Origin: Thermoplasmata archaeon
Lineage (GTDB): Archaea; Thermoplasmatota; Thermoplasmata; Lutacidiplasmatales; UBA184
Assembly: GCA_030040775.1 (NCBI GenBank)
Contig: JASHTB010000009.1
Span: forward strand, 29,545-93,544
Reading direction: 5' to 3'
Length of the DNA stretch: 64,000 nt
In this document: positions 35,618-44,686 of the stretch, piece by piece
Layout of the letters: each line of letters starts with the position of its first letter
Position numbering within the stretch: the first letter of the stretch is position 1
Position numbers and translations under genes: made by a program
The notes under the pieces: generated by a model
Databases searched by the model: none
What the model saw: only the letters and a program-made list of their open reading frames with translations
Told to the model about the DNA's origin: nothing

Positions 35618-36964
35618 CTATCGGCCGCCGATCGGATAGGCCCGGCCGAGCTCGGGAAGCCGGACCCCGGAGACCGCCTCGACGAACGCTTCGGGATGCT
35701 CGGTGTGGACCGGATACACCACGGAGGGACGAACCGAGCGGACGATTTCGAAGAGTTCCGAAGCCGACGCGTGTCCGCTCGCGTGCATCTGGTGGAAAAC
35801 GAGCCCGAAGTGGTCGAGCCAGTTGTGCATCACCCGGTCGTTGATGTCGTCCTCGCTGAACGGCTCGCTCATCGAGTGGATGAACGGCGAGCCTTTCGGA
35901 GGTCGGAGGTCGATCAGCTCCGGAAAATGGACGAGGTCGAGGGAAAGGAGGTAGTTCCGGCCGTGCGCCCGGACCTCCTCCGACGAGAGGGCCTCTTCGA
36001 GGAACGGCCGCTCCCAGAGGTACGTGCGCTTGCGCTTTCGGCCGTAGACCTTGAGGTCGGCCGCGGTCCCCGGCACCGGCACCGTTCCTGGGGGCAGAAG
36101 GGGCGCGACCGAGACGAGGAGGTGCGCGGTTCGGGGCGACACGAGGAGCGTACGTTCGGCGGCGCGCGCGGCCGAGTACAGGGTCGACAACCGGTCAACG
36201 TCCCGAGGATAGGTGCAGGCGAGCGTGAGCGACCGGTGACGCTCGAGGAGCCGGTCGACCTCGCGACGAACCCCCTCCTCCGAAAGATTGCGTCTCGAAT
36301 CCGGGCCGGCGCGCGTCCCCTCGATCACGAGGGCCTCGGGCCGCTCCTCGGCGGCGGCGCGGAAGAAGGCGTGCGTATCGACGGCGCGAGGCCCGTGGTG
36401 ACGGAAATCTCCCGTGTAGACCACCGTCCCCTCGCTGGTTCGGACGAGGAAGCCGTAGGCGAACGGAACGGAGTGGTCGACCGGGTACGGCACTACCTCG
36501 ACCCGGCCGACGCGGACCGGTCTGCGGTCGTCCAGAACGCGCCACGCGTGGTCGCCGTAGCGCATGGGGGTCGAGGTTTCGATCGCGCGGAGCAGCTCGC
36601 GCGTGCCCGAGCCGAGGTAGACCGGGATCGACGGGTCGATTAACTCGAGGTAGCCGGCATGGTCGGCGTGGGCATGGCTGACGAAGACCGCATGGAACTC
36701 GGGCGCCTTCCAGGCCAGGCCGGCATCCGCGAGCGCTTCGCGCGAGTACAGTCCCTCCAGGCGAGGGAGAAGACCGAATTCGAGGAGGTCCTTCGCAGGA
36801 CTCGTCGAGCGGGGTTTGAGGTACTCGACGTAGTACTGCTCCAGCTGCGGGGAGAACGAGGGGCCGAAGTCGAAGAGGAGGCGGTCCGGCCCGTCCTGGA
36901 CCACGACCTTGTTGCCGCCGATCTCACGGACCCCGCCGAGGAAAGTGAGGGTCGGGGTTGCCAT
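35618..36964 (-). CDS. metallo-beta-lactamase/beta-CASP ribonuclease, aRNase J-like
   Basis: HAHADH zinc motif (VFVSHAHADHAGY), beta-CASP-type downstream blocks (D...H...H), 448 aa, in the exosome/RNA-processing gene string. Confidence 0.65.
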   Translation of the reverse strand: MATPTLTFLGGVREIGGNKVVVQDGPDRLLFDFGPSFSPQLEQYYVEYLKPRSTSPAKDLLEFGLLPRLEGLYSREALADAGLAWKAPEFHAVFVSHAHADHAGYLELIDPSIPVYLGSGTRELLRAIETSTPMRYGDHAWRVLDDRRPVRVGRVEVVPYPVDHSVPFAYGFLVRTSEGTVVYTGDFRHHGPRAVDTHAFFRAAAEERPEALVIEGTRAGPDSRRNLSEEGVRREVDRLLERHRSLTLACTYPRDVDRLSTLYSAARAAERTLLVSPRTAHLLVSVAPLLPPGTVPVPGTAADLKVYGRKRKRTYLWERPFLEEALSSEEVRAHGRNYLLSLDLVHFPELIDLRPPKGSPFIHSMSEPFSEDDINDRVMHNWLDHFGLVFHQMHASGHASASELFEIVRSVRPSVVYPVHTEHPEAFVEAVSGVRLPELGRAYPIGGR

Positions 36965-37082
36965 CGGTCCGCGAGAGTGAACCGCCGCTTTGGCGTTTGG
37001 GGCCGAAGAGCGGAGCGCGGGCTCGGGGGGATGGGAGTTCGGGAAGGGGAAGAGGAGCGCGGGGGCGCTCGCGTCAGGACGC

Positions 37083-37217
37083 CTACCGCGCCTTCAGGAC
37101 CTTCTTGACGTTCGGGTGCTCTTTCGTGAAGATCTTACCGCCACAATTGTCGCATCGGACCCCGAACAGATTGGCGTCCGACGGGAGCGCCTCTCCGCAG
37201 CGAATGCACCGGAACAT
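37083..37217 (-). CDS. rpoP: DNA-directed RNA polymerase subunit P (RpoP/Rpb12/RPC10), 44 aa zinc ribbon
   Basis: Not in the supplied track (below 60 aa). Hand translation gives MFRCIRCGEALPSDANLFGVRCDNCGGKIFTKEHPNVKKVLKAR with CxxC...CxxC zinc ribbon; ATG at 37217, TAG at 37083-37085; sits between rpl37ae and the RNase J-like gene as in archaeal exosome superoperons. Confidence 0.75.
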   Translation of the reverse strand: MFRCIRCGEALPSDANLFGVRCDNCGGKIFTKEHPNVKKVLKAR

Positions 37218-37243
37218 CGTCTCGTTCGACCGGACCAGGCGAC

Positions 37244-37513
37244 TTAAGCGTTACCGGAAGAGGTCCCCTTCTCGGTCCGCGTGATCGGCGGCGCCGGCGA
37301 AAAGACGTACGCGCCCGAAGCGAACCGCGTCCCGCACCGACGGCACTCGAAGATCCCGCTGGCGACGCGGTGCAGGGTGACGGTCGAGCACCGGGGACAC
37401 GCCGCCTTCTTTGACCGGGCCCGGTCGATCTCGAGGACACGGCGACGGATCCGGATCCCGTAGCGCGGACCCATCCATCCGGTCGGTCCGACCTTCTTCG
37501 TCCGCTTGCTCAT
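37244..37513 (-). CDS. rpl37ae: 50S ribosomal protein L37Ae (eL43)
   Basis: MSKRTKKVGPTGWMGPRYG...CPRCS...CRRCG C4 zinc ribbon of eL43. ATGA overlap with rrp42 stop. Confidence 0.85.
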   Translation of the reverse strand: MSKRTKKVGPTGWMGPRYGIRIRRRVLEIDRARSKKAACPRCSTVTLHRVASGIFECRRCGTRFASGAYVFSPAPPITRTEKGTSSGNA

Positions 37514-38298
37514 GGTCTGTCCCCTTTCGCGACCGCGCGAAGGCGTTCCCCGTGGACGAGCGCGCGACGGACGACCTCCTTCACGTCGTCCGGGGAGAAC
37601 GCACCGACCAGGCCCTTCTGCATCGCGACGATCCGTCGGGTCTCGTCGGTCGCGACCGTGATACGACCTTGGGCAGCCCGTTCCTCATCGAACGTCGGGT
37701 CGACCACGATCGCGTCGCCGAGGCGAACGAACGTACACTCGATCGGGAAATGCTGCACCTGGAGAGGATAGTCGGCCTCCGCGATGCCGAACCGCTTCGC
37801 CGGGACGGTGGTGTGGGCGAGCGCGCTCACGGCCGCAAGAAGCGAGGCGTCGATCAAGTTTCCCGAGTGGTCGAGAACATGGACGTCCGTGAAGCACGTC
37901 CAGCATTGCTCGGACGGAGTGACGCAGAGGCGTTCGAGGTCGATGGTCTCGGCCGCGCGGATCGCCCGGTCGACCACGCGCGATACCTCGATCGCGCCGG
38001 GTTGAGGAGGACCGGGTTCGAACGTGGGGTTCGAGAGGGGGATGAGCTCGGCGTTGGTCGAGAGGACGCCGGCGTTCGGCGTGTCGGGAAACGGCTTCCC
38101 CGGCTCGAGTTTGATGCCCGCCAGGACCATCGTCTCGCCGAAGTGAACGAGGGCGGAGCCGTCGGCCGAAGCGACGAACCCCGGCTCGACCGTGACCTTC
38201 CGGTACTCGTCCGGCCCGCGGCCGTCGAGGCGCCTACCTTCGGCCGCCAGGTCAAGGATGTGGGTCGTGCGGATCTCGGCCGCGACCTCTTCGCTCAT
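37510..38298 (-). CDS. rrp42: exosome complex component Rrp42 (RNase PH-like, non-catalytic)
   Basis: C-terminal 262 codons of the 548-codon track ORF (MSEEVAAEIRTTHILDLAAEGRRLDGRGPDEYRKV...), RNase PH fold. Start ATG 38298 forms ATGA overlap with rrp41 stop. Confidence 0.85.
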   Translation of the reverse strand: MSEEVAAEIRTTHILDLAAEGRRLDGRGPDEYRKVTVEPGFVASADGSALVHFGETMVLAGIKLEPGKPFPDTPNAGVLSTNAELIPLSNPTFEPGPPQPGAIEVSRVVDRAIRAAETIDLERLCVTPSEQCWTCFTDVHVLDHSGNLIDASLLAAVSALAHTTVPAKRFGIAEADYPLQVQHFPIECTFVRLGDAIVVDPTFDEERAAQGRITVATDETRRIVAMQKGLVGAFSPDDVKEVVRRALVHGERLRAVAKGDRP

Positions 38299-39047
38299 GC
38301 GGCACCGCCGGAGGGCGGCGTGATCGAGTACCGCTCGCGCAAGGCGGCCTTCATCTTCTCGTAGATCGCCCGACAGCCGCTGACGCCGAGCTCGAGGGCC
38401 TGGGCGAGCTCTTCCTCGGTCATGTGACCCTCCATCTGCAGGAGGACGAGCCGTCCCGACTGCGGTACGAGCGCCATCGGGAGGTCGGCCTCTCCGAAGT
38501 TGTCCTCTTCCTTCCGGAGGTCGAGGGCGATCGCTCCTCCGACCTTCCCGACGGCGACGGCCGGTAGGAGGTCTACCATCGGGATTCCGGCGTCCGCGAG
38601 GGCGACCGACGCGGCGACCAGACCCGCGCAGCGGGTGCCGGCGTTCGCCTGAAGGACCTCGATGTAGACGTCGATGCTCGTCCGGGGGAACTCCTCGGCG
38701 AACACGACCGACTCGAAGGCCTCCGCGATCACCTTCGAGATCTCCTGAGAGCGGCGGTCGAGGCCGGGGCGCTTGCGCTCGTCGACCGAGAACGCCGCCA
38801 TGTTGTAGCGGCACTGGATGACCGCCTTGTTGTTCTGCTGGAGATGGCGCGGGTGGACCTCGCGCGGCCCGTACACCGCGGCCATCACCTTGTTCTGTCC
38901 CCATTCTACGAACGCCGACCCATCGGCCTGGTGGAGCGCTCCCGCCCGGATCTGGATCGGTCGGAGCTCGTCCAGCCGTCTCCCGTCGATCCGCCGGCCG
39001 TCCGGCGTCAAGAGGACGGGTACTTCTTTCGCGCCTACGTTTCCCAT
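38295..39047 (-). CDS. rrp41: exosome complex exonuclease Rrp41 (RNase PH-like, phosphorolytic)
   Basis: RIDGRRLDELRPIQIRAG ... SAFVEWGQNKVMAAVYGPRE ... phosphate-binding GTR region; 250 aa. Confidence 0.9.
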   Translation of the reverse strand: MGNVGAKEVPVLLTPDGRRIDGRRLDELRPIQIRAGALHQADGSAFVEWGQNKVMAAVYGPREVHPRHLQQNNKAVIQCRYNMAAFSVDERKRPGLDRRSQEISKVIAEAFESVVFAEEFPRTSIDVYIEVLQANAGTRCAGLVAASVALADAGIPMVDLLPAVAVGKVGGAIALDLRKEEDNFGEADLPMALVPQSGRLVLLQMEGHMTEEELAQALELGVSGCRAIYEKMKAALRERYSITPPSGGAA

Positions 39048-39076
39048 GGTTCTCTCTCCTGTTTCGTACGAACTCG

Positions 39077-39961
39077 TCAGTCTTGATCGGCCCCGGGTTC
39101 TTCGGGCTCCTCTTCCCCCTCGGGCTCCTCCGCTTCCTCGGGAGTCGCCAGCCCATCGTCCCCTGCGACGAACCGTTCGGCGGGGGGCTCCCGGGGTGCG
39201 CCCCCGAGCTTCGGCTCCTCCCGGCCGCTCTCCGAGGTCGGCAAGGTCGCGAGCAGGTAGCTCTCGACCCGTTCGGTAAGGCCCGGGCGCTGCCCGTCCT
39301 CGTCGATCATCCAGAGGACCGCAGAGACCCGGCGGATCGCGTCAGGACTTCCGCCGACCCAGACCCGGCCGTTCTGCCCCACCGCGACCTGAGCCCCCGT
39401 GTGGCGCGTGATCGTCTGGATCATCGAGCCGCTGCGGCCGACGACGCGCGGGACGCGGGCGGGAGAGACCGTGACGATCGTTCCCCCTTCGAGCTTCCCG
39501 AGCCCTTCGCCGTTCATCGTTACGCCGATCCGGCCGGTCGGGTCGAGGTTCTCGACCTGGACGACCACCGAGTCGCCGACCTTGAGGAACCGCTCCGTCT
39601 CTCCGACCTCGACCTTCCACGGAGTGCCGGTCATGTGCAGAGGAGCCCATCGCGGCGCGCCGATGTCGAGCAGCCAGAACGTCGACTGGACGTCTGCGAC
39701 CGTCCCGATGACCACGTCGCGGGGTCTCGGGATATACCGTCCGGAGAGGGGGATCACCTGGACGAACGGGGGCCGGGGGGAGAGCAGGCCGAGGATGCTC
39801 GCGTAGACCTTGCCGCCCACCCGATACGTTCCGGGTCCCGGTTTCAGGCCCTGGCTCGGGATCTCTTCGCCGGGGAGAACTAGCACCCGCTCCCCCGACG
39901 CGGGCGAGGGACCTCCCTCGCGGCCACGACGTCGGTGGCCGGGCCGATGGCCTCGTGACAT
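39077..39961 (-). CDS. rrp4: exosome complex RNA-binding protein Rrp4 (S1 + KH domains) with basic N-terminal and acidic C-terminal extensions
   Basis: VLPGEEI...GPGTY...VIPLSGRYIPRPRDVVIGTV N-domain/S1 and KH (GGSPDAIRRV) blocks; extra MSRGHRPGHRRRGREGG head and EEAEEPEGEEEPEEP tail. Confidence 0.85.
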   Translation of the reverse strand: MSRGHRPGHRRRGREGGPSPASGERVLVLPGEEIPSQGLKPGPGTYRVGGKVYASILGLLSPRPPFVQVIPLSGRYIPRPRDVVIGTVADVQSTFWLLDIGAPRWAPLHMTGTPWKVEVGETERFLKVGDSVVVQVENLDPTGRIGVTMNGEGLGKLEGGTIVTVSPARVPRVVGRSGSMIQTITRHTGAQVAVGQNGRVWVGGSPDAIRRVSAVLWMIDEDGQRPGLTERVESYLLATLPTSESGREEPKLGGAPREPPAERFVAGDDGLATPEEAEEPEGEEEPEEPGADQD

Positions 39962-39997
39962 GATGTTGGCTGCACCGGCGCGCTCGACAGAGGTGGC

Positions 39998-40693
39998 CTA
40001 TTTAACCAAAGCGGTCTCGGCGACACCCTTCGTGCGCGCGCTCAGTTTCTCGTAGAGCTCCGTCTGAATCCCGGCGGGAATTTCGACGATCCCGTTCCAC
40101 GCTCCGTCCGAGAGCCATTGCTCCTCGACGATTCGGCCGAGGCCCTTGATCTCGCCGATGACCCGGGGGTAGAACTGACCGGGGATCTTGATCTTCACCT
40201 TGACGACATCGAGACGGATCGGGATCAGCGGGCGCAGCTTGGCGAGCACCTCCTGGACCTGAGCGTCGACCGGTCTGAACGGGTCGATGTGCACCTTCGC
40301 CTCGGCCATCGCCGACTCGATGCGCGCCGGCGGGTGCGGGGCTCCGGTCTGCGGGTTCATCGCGTTCCGAGCGATCAAGGAGACGATCTGCTTGCGCTTC
40401 GACTCCTGGAGTTCGTGCCGCTGCTCGGTGGTGACCTGGACCTCTCCCTTGAGGACGATCTGCTTGGCGATCTCCGCGAGATTGCGGGTGTGGAACGTCC
40501 GTTCAAGATGCTCCTCGCTGATCTTGTCGCCCTTCTTCGCGTCCTTGAAGACCTGGTCGAGGGCGAGCTTGTCGGAGAGGTCGACGTCCTTGCCGTCCTT
40601 GAGGTCCTGGACCGCTCGAGGGTCGACCAGCACCTCGAAGCGCGAGCCCCCCGTTTCCCAGCGGGCGATGACGGCTTCCTCGACGGTGACCAC
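39998..40693 (-). CDS. sbds: ribosome maturation protein SBDS (Sdo1)
   Basis: VIARWETGGSRFEVLVDPRA...DLSDKLALDQVFKD FYSH-domain N-terminus and C-terminal ferredoxin-like domains; 231 aa; canonical position between psmA and rrp4. Confidence 0.85.
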   Translation of the reverse strand: MVTVEEAVIARWETGGSRFEVLVDPRAVQDLKDGKDVDLSDKLALDQVFKDAKKGDKISEEHLERTFHTRNLAEIAKQIVLKGEVQVTTEQRHELQESKRKQIVSLIARNAMNPQTGAPHPPARIESAMAEAKVHIDPFRPVDAQVQEVLAKLRPLIPIRLDVVKVKIKIPGQFYPRVIGEIKGLGRIVEEQWLSDGAWNGIVEIPAGIQTELYEKLSARTKGVAETALVK

Positions 40694-40719
40694 GGCGGAC
40701 CGCCCCGGACGAGGCGGAC

Positions 40720-41475
40720 CTACGCGCGCGCGCTCTTACCCGTTCCGCCCGCCGGCGGGAGGCGCGCGACGTACCGTTGGATCTCGTCGGTCGCGAGGCG
40801 GGTCATCCCGACGCGCTGCTCGACCGTGCAGACCTCGACCTGCGAGAGGCTTCCGCCCTCGTCCAGGCCGGCGCGCAGTCCCTCGAGGGCGAGGAGGATC
40901 GCGCTGTCCCGGTCGATTCCCGGGCGGTACTTCTGCTCGAACAGCTCCATGACGGGGCTTTTGTTGCCCCCGGTGCTCGCCGCCTTGAAGCTCGTGAGCG
41001 AACCGGACGGCTCGGTTTCGAACAGGTGGATGCCGGCCTCATCGTAGCCGCCCACGAGAAGCGCGGTCCCGAACGGGCGGACACCGCCGAACTGGGTGTA
41101 CTGCTGCTTGTAGTCGCAGATCCGTCGGACGAGGAGCTCGACCGACATCGGCTCGGCGTAGGTAACGCGGTTGACCTGGGCCGATAGCCGGGCGTAGTCG
41201 ACGAGGACGCGGGCGTCCGCGACCAGGCCGGCGGTAGCGCAGGCGATGTTCTCGTCGATCTGGTGGATTTTTTCGAGGCTGGACGGCTCAGCGAGCTTGG
41301 GGTTCGGGATCCTTCGGTCGGCGATGAGCACGACCCCGTCCGTGTAGACGACCCCCGCGGTGGTCGCGCCCCGCCGGACGGCCTCGCGAGCGTACTCCAC
41401 CTGAAAGAGCCGCCCGTCGGGCGAGAAGACGGTGATTGCCCGGTCGTAGGCCATCTGGCCCGGCTGCATCTCCAT
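40720..41475 (-). CDS. psmA: proteasome subunit alpha
   Basis: MQPGQMAYDRAITVFSPDGRLFQVEYAREAV is the invariant alpha-subunit N-terminus. TATA-like CTTATAAC at 41509-41516 about 35 nt upstream. Confidence 0.9.
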   Translation of the reverse strand: MEMQPGQMAYDRAITVFSPDGRLFQVEYAREAVRRGATTAGVVYTDGVVLIADRRIPNPKLAEPSSLEKIHQIDENIACATAGLVADARVLVDYARLSAQVNRVTYAEPMSVELLVRRICDYKQQYTQFGGVRPFGTALLVGGYDEAGIHLFETEPSGSLTSFKAASTGGNKSPVMELFEQKYRPGIDRDSAILLALEGLRAGLDEGGSLSQVEVCTVEQRVGMTRLATDEIQRYVARLPPAGGTGKSARA

Positions 41476-41630
41476 CGCGAACGCCTCGGGCCGGCCACTG
41501 AGGTGGGCCTTATAACGAGGACCCGGGCAGTAACGCGCTCGTCAGCCGGTTACGGAAGGACCGACGCATCCGCCGTCTCCAGACCGTCACTTCCGACAAC
41601 CGTAAGAGGCGAGGGAGGGGGTACGCGCGC

Positions 41631-43745
41631 ATGGTGTCGGCGTCGGGCTCGGAAACTCCCCGTAGGGAATCCCGACTGCGGTCCTCGCCTTCCGCGTACC
41701 TGCGCTCGGCGGCCGAACAGCCGATCGACTGGCATCCGTGGGGTCTCGAGCCGTTCACCCTCGCAAAGCGAACCAACCGACCCATCCTGCTCGACGTCGG
41801 AGCCTCCTGGTGCCATTGGTGTCACGTGATGGACGAAGGAACCTACGCCGACCCCGAGGTCGCCCGGCTCCTCGCTCAGGGGTTCGTCGCGGTGAAGGTC
41901 GACCGGGACCAGAACCCCGAGGTCGACCGGCGGTACCAGCGTCAGGTCGGAGCCCTGACGGGAGAAGGCGGTTGGCCGCTCACCGGCTTTCTCACGCCCG
42001 ACGGGGAGGTCTTCCTCGGAGGGACGTACTTCCCTCCAACCGACGGGCACGGCCGTCCCGGATTCCGCCGCGTCTTGAGCGAGGTCGCCCGGCTGTGGCG
42101 CGAAGAACCCGAGCGGATCCGCGAGAACACGAAGGCTCTCCGGGACGCACTGGAGAGGATGCGGGCCGGTCGGTCGGACTCCGACCGCTCGCGCGACGGG
42201 TTCATCGCGGGTGTCCGGGCCGATCTCTCGTCGAGCTACGACCCGGTGCACGGCGGCTTCGGATTGGCACCGAAGTTCCCCCACCCGACCGCGGTGTCGT
42301 TCCTCCTCTGGGACGCGTTCGCCCACCCCAGTTCGAACAGCGCCGAGCGCGCTCGAGAGACGCTTTTCCGTATGGCGGACGGCGGGCTCTACGACCAGGT
42401 CGGCGGTGGTTTCCACCGCTACTCGGTCGACGAAAGCTGGCACATCCCGCACTTTGAGAAGATGGGCGTCGACAACGCGGCCCTTCTGGCCGCGTACACC
42501 GAGGGAGCCCAGCGGTTCGACGACCCAAGGCTGACCGAGGTGGTGCGGGGGACCCTCGGATGGGTCCGGGAGGTCCTCCAGGACCCGCTCGGAGGGTTCG
42601 GCGCGAGCCAGGATGCCGACAACGCGCCGGGCGACGATGGGAGCTACTTCACCTGGAGTCGGGCCGAGCTCAAGGAGATCCTACCGCCGGAAGAGGCGCG
42701 GCTCGTGACCCGATTCTTCGGGGTGGGAACGGACGGTCGGATGCCTAACGACCCGGAAGAGAATGTTCTGTTCCGGTTACTGCCTCTTAAGGAAGCGGCC
42801 GAAGGACTGAACCTGAGCGGTACGCCCGAGGCGACGCTCGAGAGAGCGTTGGCTACGATGCGCGCTGAGCGCGCCCGTCGGCCGGTCCCTTCGGTGGACC
42901 GCGCGGTCTACTCAGACATCAACGGCCGGTTCATCGGGGCCCTCGCCCGCTCGGGCGCGTTCCTCGGAGACGCCGCGGTCGTCGCGGACGCGAAGCGAGC
43001 GGCCGACCGTCTCCTGAAGGAGGCGTTTTCGCCGGACCGAGGGGTCGCCCACCGGCTCGACCCCACCGGGGCACGCGGGTACGGCCTGCTCGAGGACCAG
43101 GTCGCGGTCGCGGCCGGGCTGATCGAACTCGCGGGGGTGACCGCGCGCGCCGACTATCTCGCGCCCGCCCTTCGCCTGCTCGAGGTCATCGACCGCGAGT
43201 TTCGCGGGGAAGACGGTCTCCTCCGAGACCTCTCGCCTGCCCTCTACGACGGAGCCGCCATCGGCGGAATGACCGAGCCGTCGTACCCTCTCGAGGACAG
43301 CCCGCACCTTTCGGCGAACGCCCAAGCCGCGCTTGCCTTCCTAAGGACCTCCTCGTTGGTCCACGACGAGCGTTGGAGAGAGAGGGCCCTCGCCCTCCTC
43401 GCTCCCATCGCTTCCCGGATCGGAGGCGCCGGGATCTTCGCGGCGGGCTCGGCGCTCGCCGCGGGCCTCGCCACCGTTCCTCCGGCGACCGTGGTCGTCG
43501 AGGGCTCGGGGGAGAGGGCTCGCGATCTGCTCCTCGCGGCCCGGCGTTGCTGGCATCCAAACGTCTGGGTGTTCGGAGGGCGCCCACCGGAACCGTTCTC
43601 GCTTCCGGTCGAGCTCGAGACGGTAACCCCTTCTTCCGAGCCGAGGGCCCTCGTTTGCTTCGGGACCGTATGCGCTCCGCCCGTTACGGAACCCTCCGAG
43701 CTTCGGGCCCTTCTAGCGACGGGGCCGAAGGTACCGGTGGCCTAG
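41631..43745 (+). CDS. thioredoxin-domain protein of the DUF255/YyaL (SPATA20-like) family with C-terminal (alpha/alpha)6 six-hairpin glycosidase-like domain
   Basis: SPSAYL...PIDWHPWGLEPF...ILLDVGASWCHWCHVM thioredoxin-like head with CxxC-type HWCH; about 700 aa. Confidence 0.7.
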   Translation: MVSASGSETPRRESRLRSSPSAYLRSAAEQPIDWHPWGLEPFTLAKRTNRPILLDVGASWCHWCHVMDEGTYADPEVARLLAQGFVAVKVDRDQNPEVDRRYQRQVGALTGEGGWPLTGFLTPDGEVFLGGTYFPPTDGHGRPGFRRVLSEVARLWREEPERIRENTKALRDALERMRAGRSDSDRSRDGFIAGVRADLSSSYDPVHGGFGLAPKFPHPTAVSFLLWDAFAHPSSNSAERARETLFRMADGGLYDQVGGGFHRYSVDESWHIPHFEKMGVDNAALLAAYTEGAQRFDDPRLTEVVRGTLGWVREVLQDPLGGFGASQDADNAPGDDGSYFTWSRAELKEILPPEEARLVTRFFGVGTDGRMPNDPEENVLFRLLPLKEAAEGLNLSGTPEATLERALATMRAERARRPVPSVDRAVYSDINGRFIGALARSGAFLGDAAVVADAKRAADRLLKEAFSPDRGVAHRLDPTGARGYGLLEDQVAVAAGLIELAGVTARADYLAPALRLLEVIDREFRGEDGLLRDLSPALYDGAAIGGMTEPSYPLEDSPHLSANAQAALAFLRTSSLVHDERWRERALALLAPIASRIGGAGIFAAGSALAAGLATVPPATVVVEGSGERARDLLLAARRCWHPNVWVFGGRPPEPFSLPVELETVTPSSEPRALVCFGTVCAPPVTEPSELRALLATGPKVPVA

Positions 43746-44523
43746 GAAGTGGGCCGAGGTCGGTCCCGTCCAGTAAGTAGGCCCGGGGCGTCCCGCGCAG
43801 GAGGAACCGTTGGTAGAGGAACGACCGGCCCCGCGCCGGCCGGTTCCGGTTGAGCGCCTCGACGCCCGCGAGCGGATGGAACGCGGGGACGATCACGAGC
43901 TCTCGGGCCGCCATCTCCGCCCGACCCCTACGTCGCCGGCTCGGAGGAGGCGAAGCGGGGAGCTCTACCCGCACCCAGCACCGGCGCTTTCCTTCCGGAT
44001 CGTCCGGGGTCGGAGCGAGACGGAACCCCGGATGGAGGTGCCCGGCGATGAGCTGGCGCGCGCTCAGGAGCTCCTTCGAGGGCCATCGGTGGCCGTGGAA
44101 GACGCCGACGCCCTCCCGCAGAACCCCTCCGGACGGATGGACTGCGACCTCGCGGGGCAGGTGCGAAACGATGCCCACATCGTGATTGCCCAGGACGAGC
44201 TCGACGGGAATCCCTTCTCCCAGGACCTGGGCGAAGAAACCGAAGACCACCGGGCGGAGCGGAGCCGGAGTGCCGACGATCGGATGCTTCGCGTCCCCGG
44301 CGATGAGGACGGTGTCGGCCTGGGCGGTCTTCACGATCCCCACGAGGTCGTCCGCGAGGCGGCGGGCGAACCCCTCCGGGGGTCCCTCAGGGTGAGCGCG
44401 CGTCCCCCCGATGCCGAGGTGGAGGTCGGCGATCACGACGGTGCGCGGATGGGTCCGATCGGCAGGCTCGATGACGAGCGCCGGGGACCCAGGGACCGGG
44501 ACGAGGCGGGCGTCCACGGCCAC
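43684..44523 (-). CDS. calcineurin-like metallophosphoesterase
   Basis: VIADLHLG (motif I), GD..H (LIAGDAKH), GNHD (LVLGNHD), GHLH/GHRW motifs; GTG start; 62-nt convergent overlap with the upstream DUF255 gene. Confidence 0.65.
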   Translation of the reverse strand: MAVDARLVPVPGSPALVIEPADRTHPRTVVIADLHLGIGGTRAHPEGPPEGFARRLADDLVGIVKTAQADTVLIAGDAKHPIVGTPAPLRPVVFGFFAQVLGEGIPVELVLGNHDVGIVSHLPREVAVHPSGGVLREGVGVFHGHRWPSKELLSARQLIAGHLHPGFRLAPTPDDPEGKRRCWVRVELPASPPPSRRRRGRAEMAARELVIVPAFHPLAGVEALNRNRPARGRSFLYQRFLLRGTPRAYLLDGTDLGPLPRPPVPSAPSLEGPEARRVP

Positions 44524-44659
44524 TGCGACCCCTCGAAGGCCATGAGGGTTCGCGTGAGGGCGGCGTCGACCTGCCGGAGGCGCGTACTCCTCGAGCCCCC
44601 GCCCCTCTCGGAACTCCGGGGTCGTCCCGGCGCGCTCTCGAGAGGCGCGGGCGTGCCCA

Positions 44660-44667
44660 TTTATATA
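44660..44667 (+). promoter_or_regulatory. consensus archaeal TATA box TTTATATA
   Basis: Perfect TATA octamer in the divergent spacer, 20 nt upstream of the GTG (44687) of the HTH regulator gene; implies a leaderless transcript. Confidence 0.5.
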
Positions 44668-44686
44668 CGAGCGGTAAATCGTTTCT

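Noticed and set aside
37510-39156. 548-aa ORF spanning rrp42 and running across rrp41
   Set aside because: Only the C-terminal 262 codons (from ATG 38298) are Rrp42. The upstream part is an open alternative frame across rrp41 with Arg/Gly-rich junk. The same logic applied to 47599..49635 (glyS starts 49104), 51847..53295 (purQ starts 52465), 24977..26443 (purM starts 25385), 10609..11373 (only 10609..10911 kept) and 58545..59303 (PPC starts 58982).
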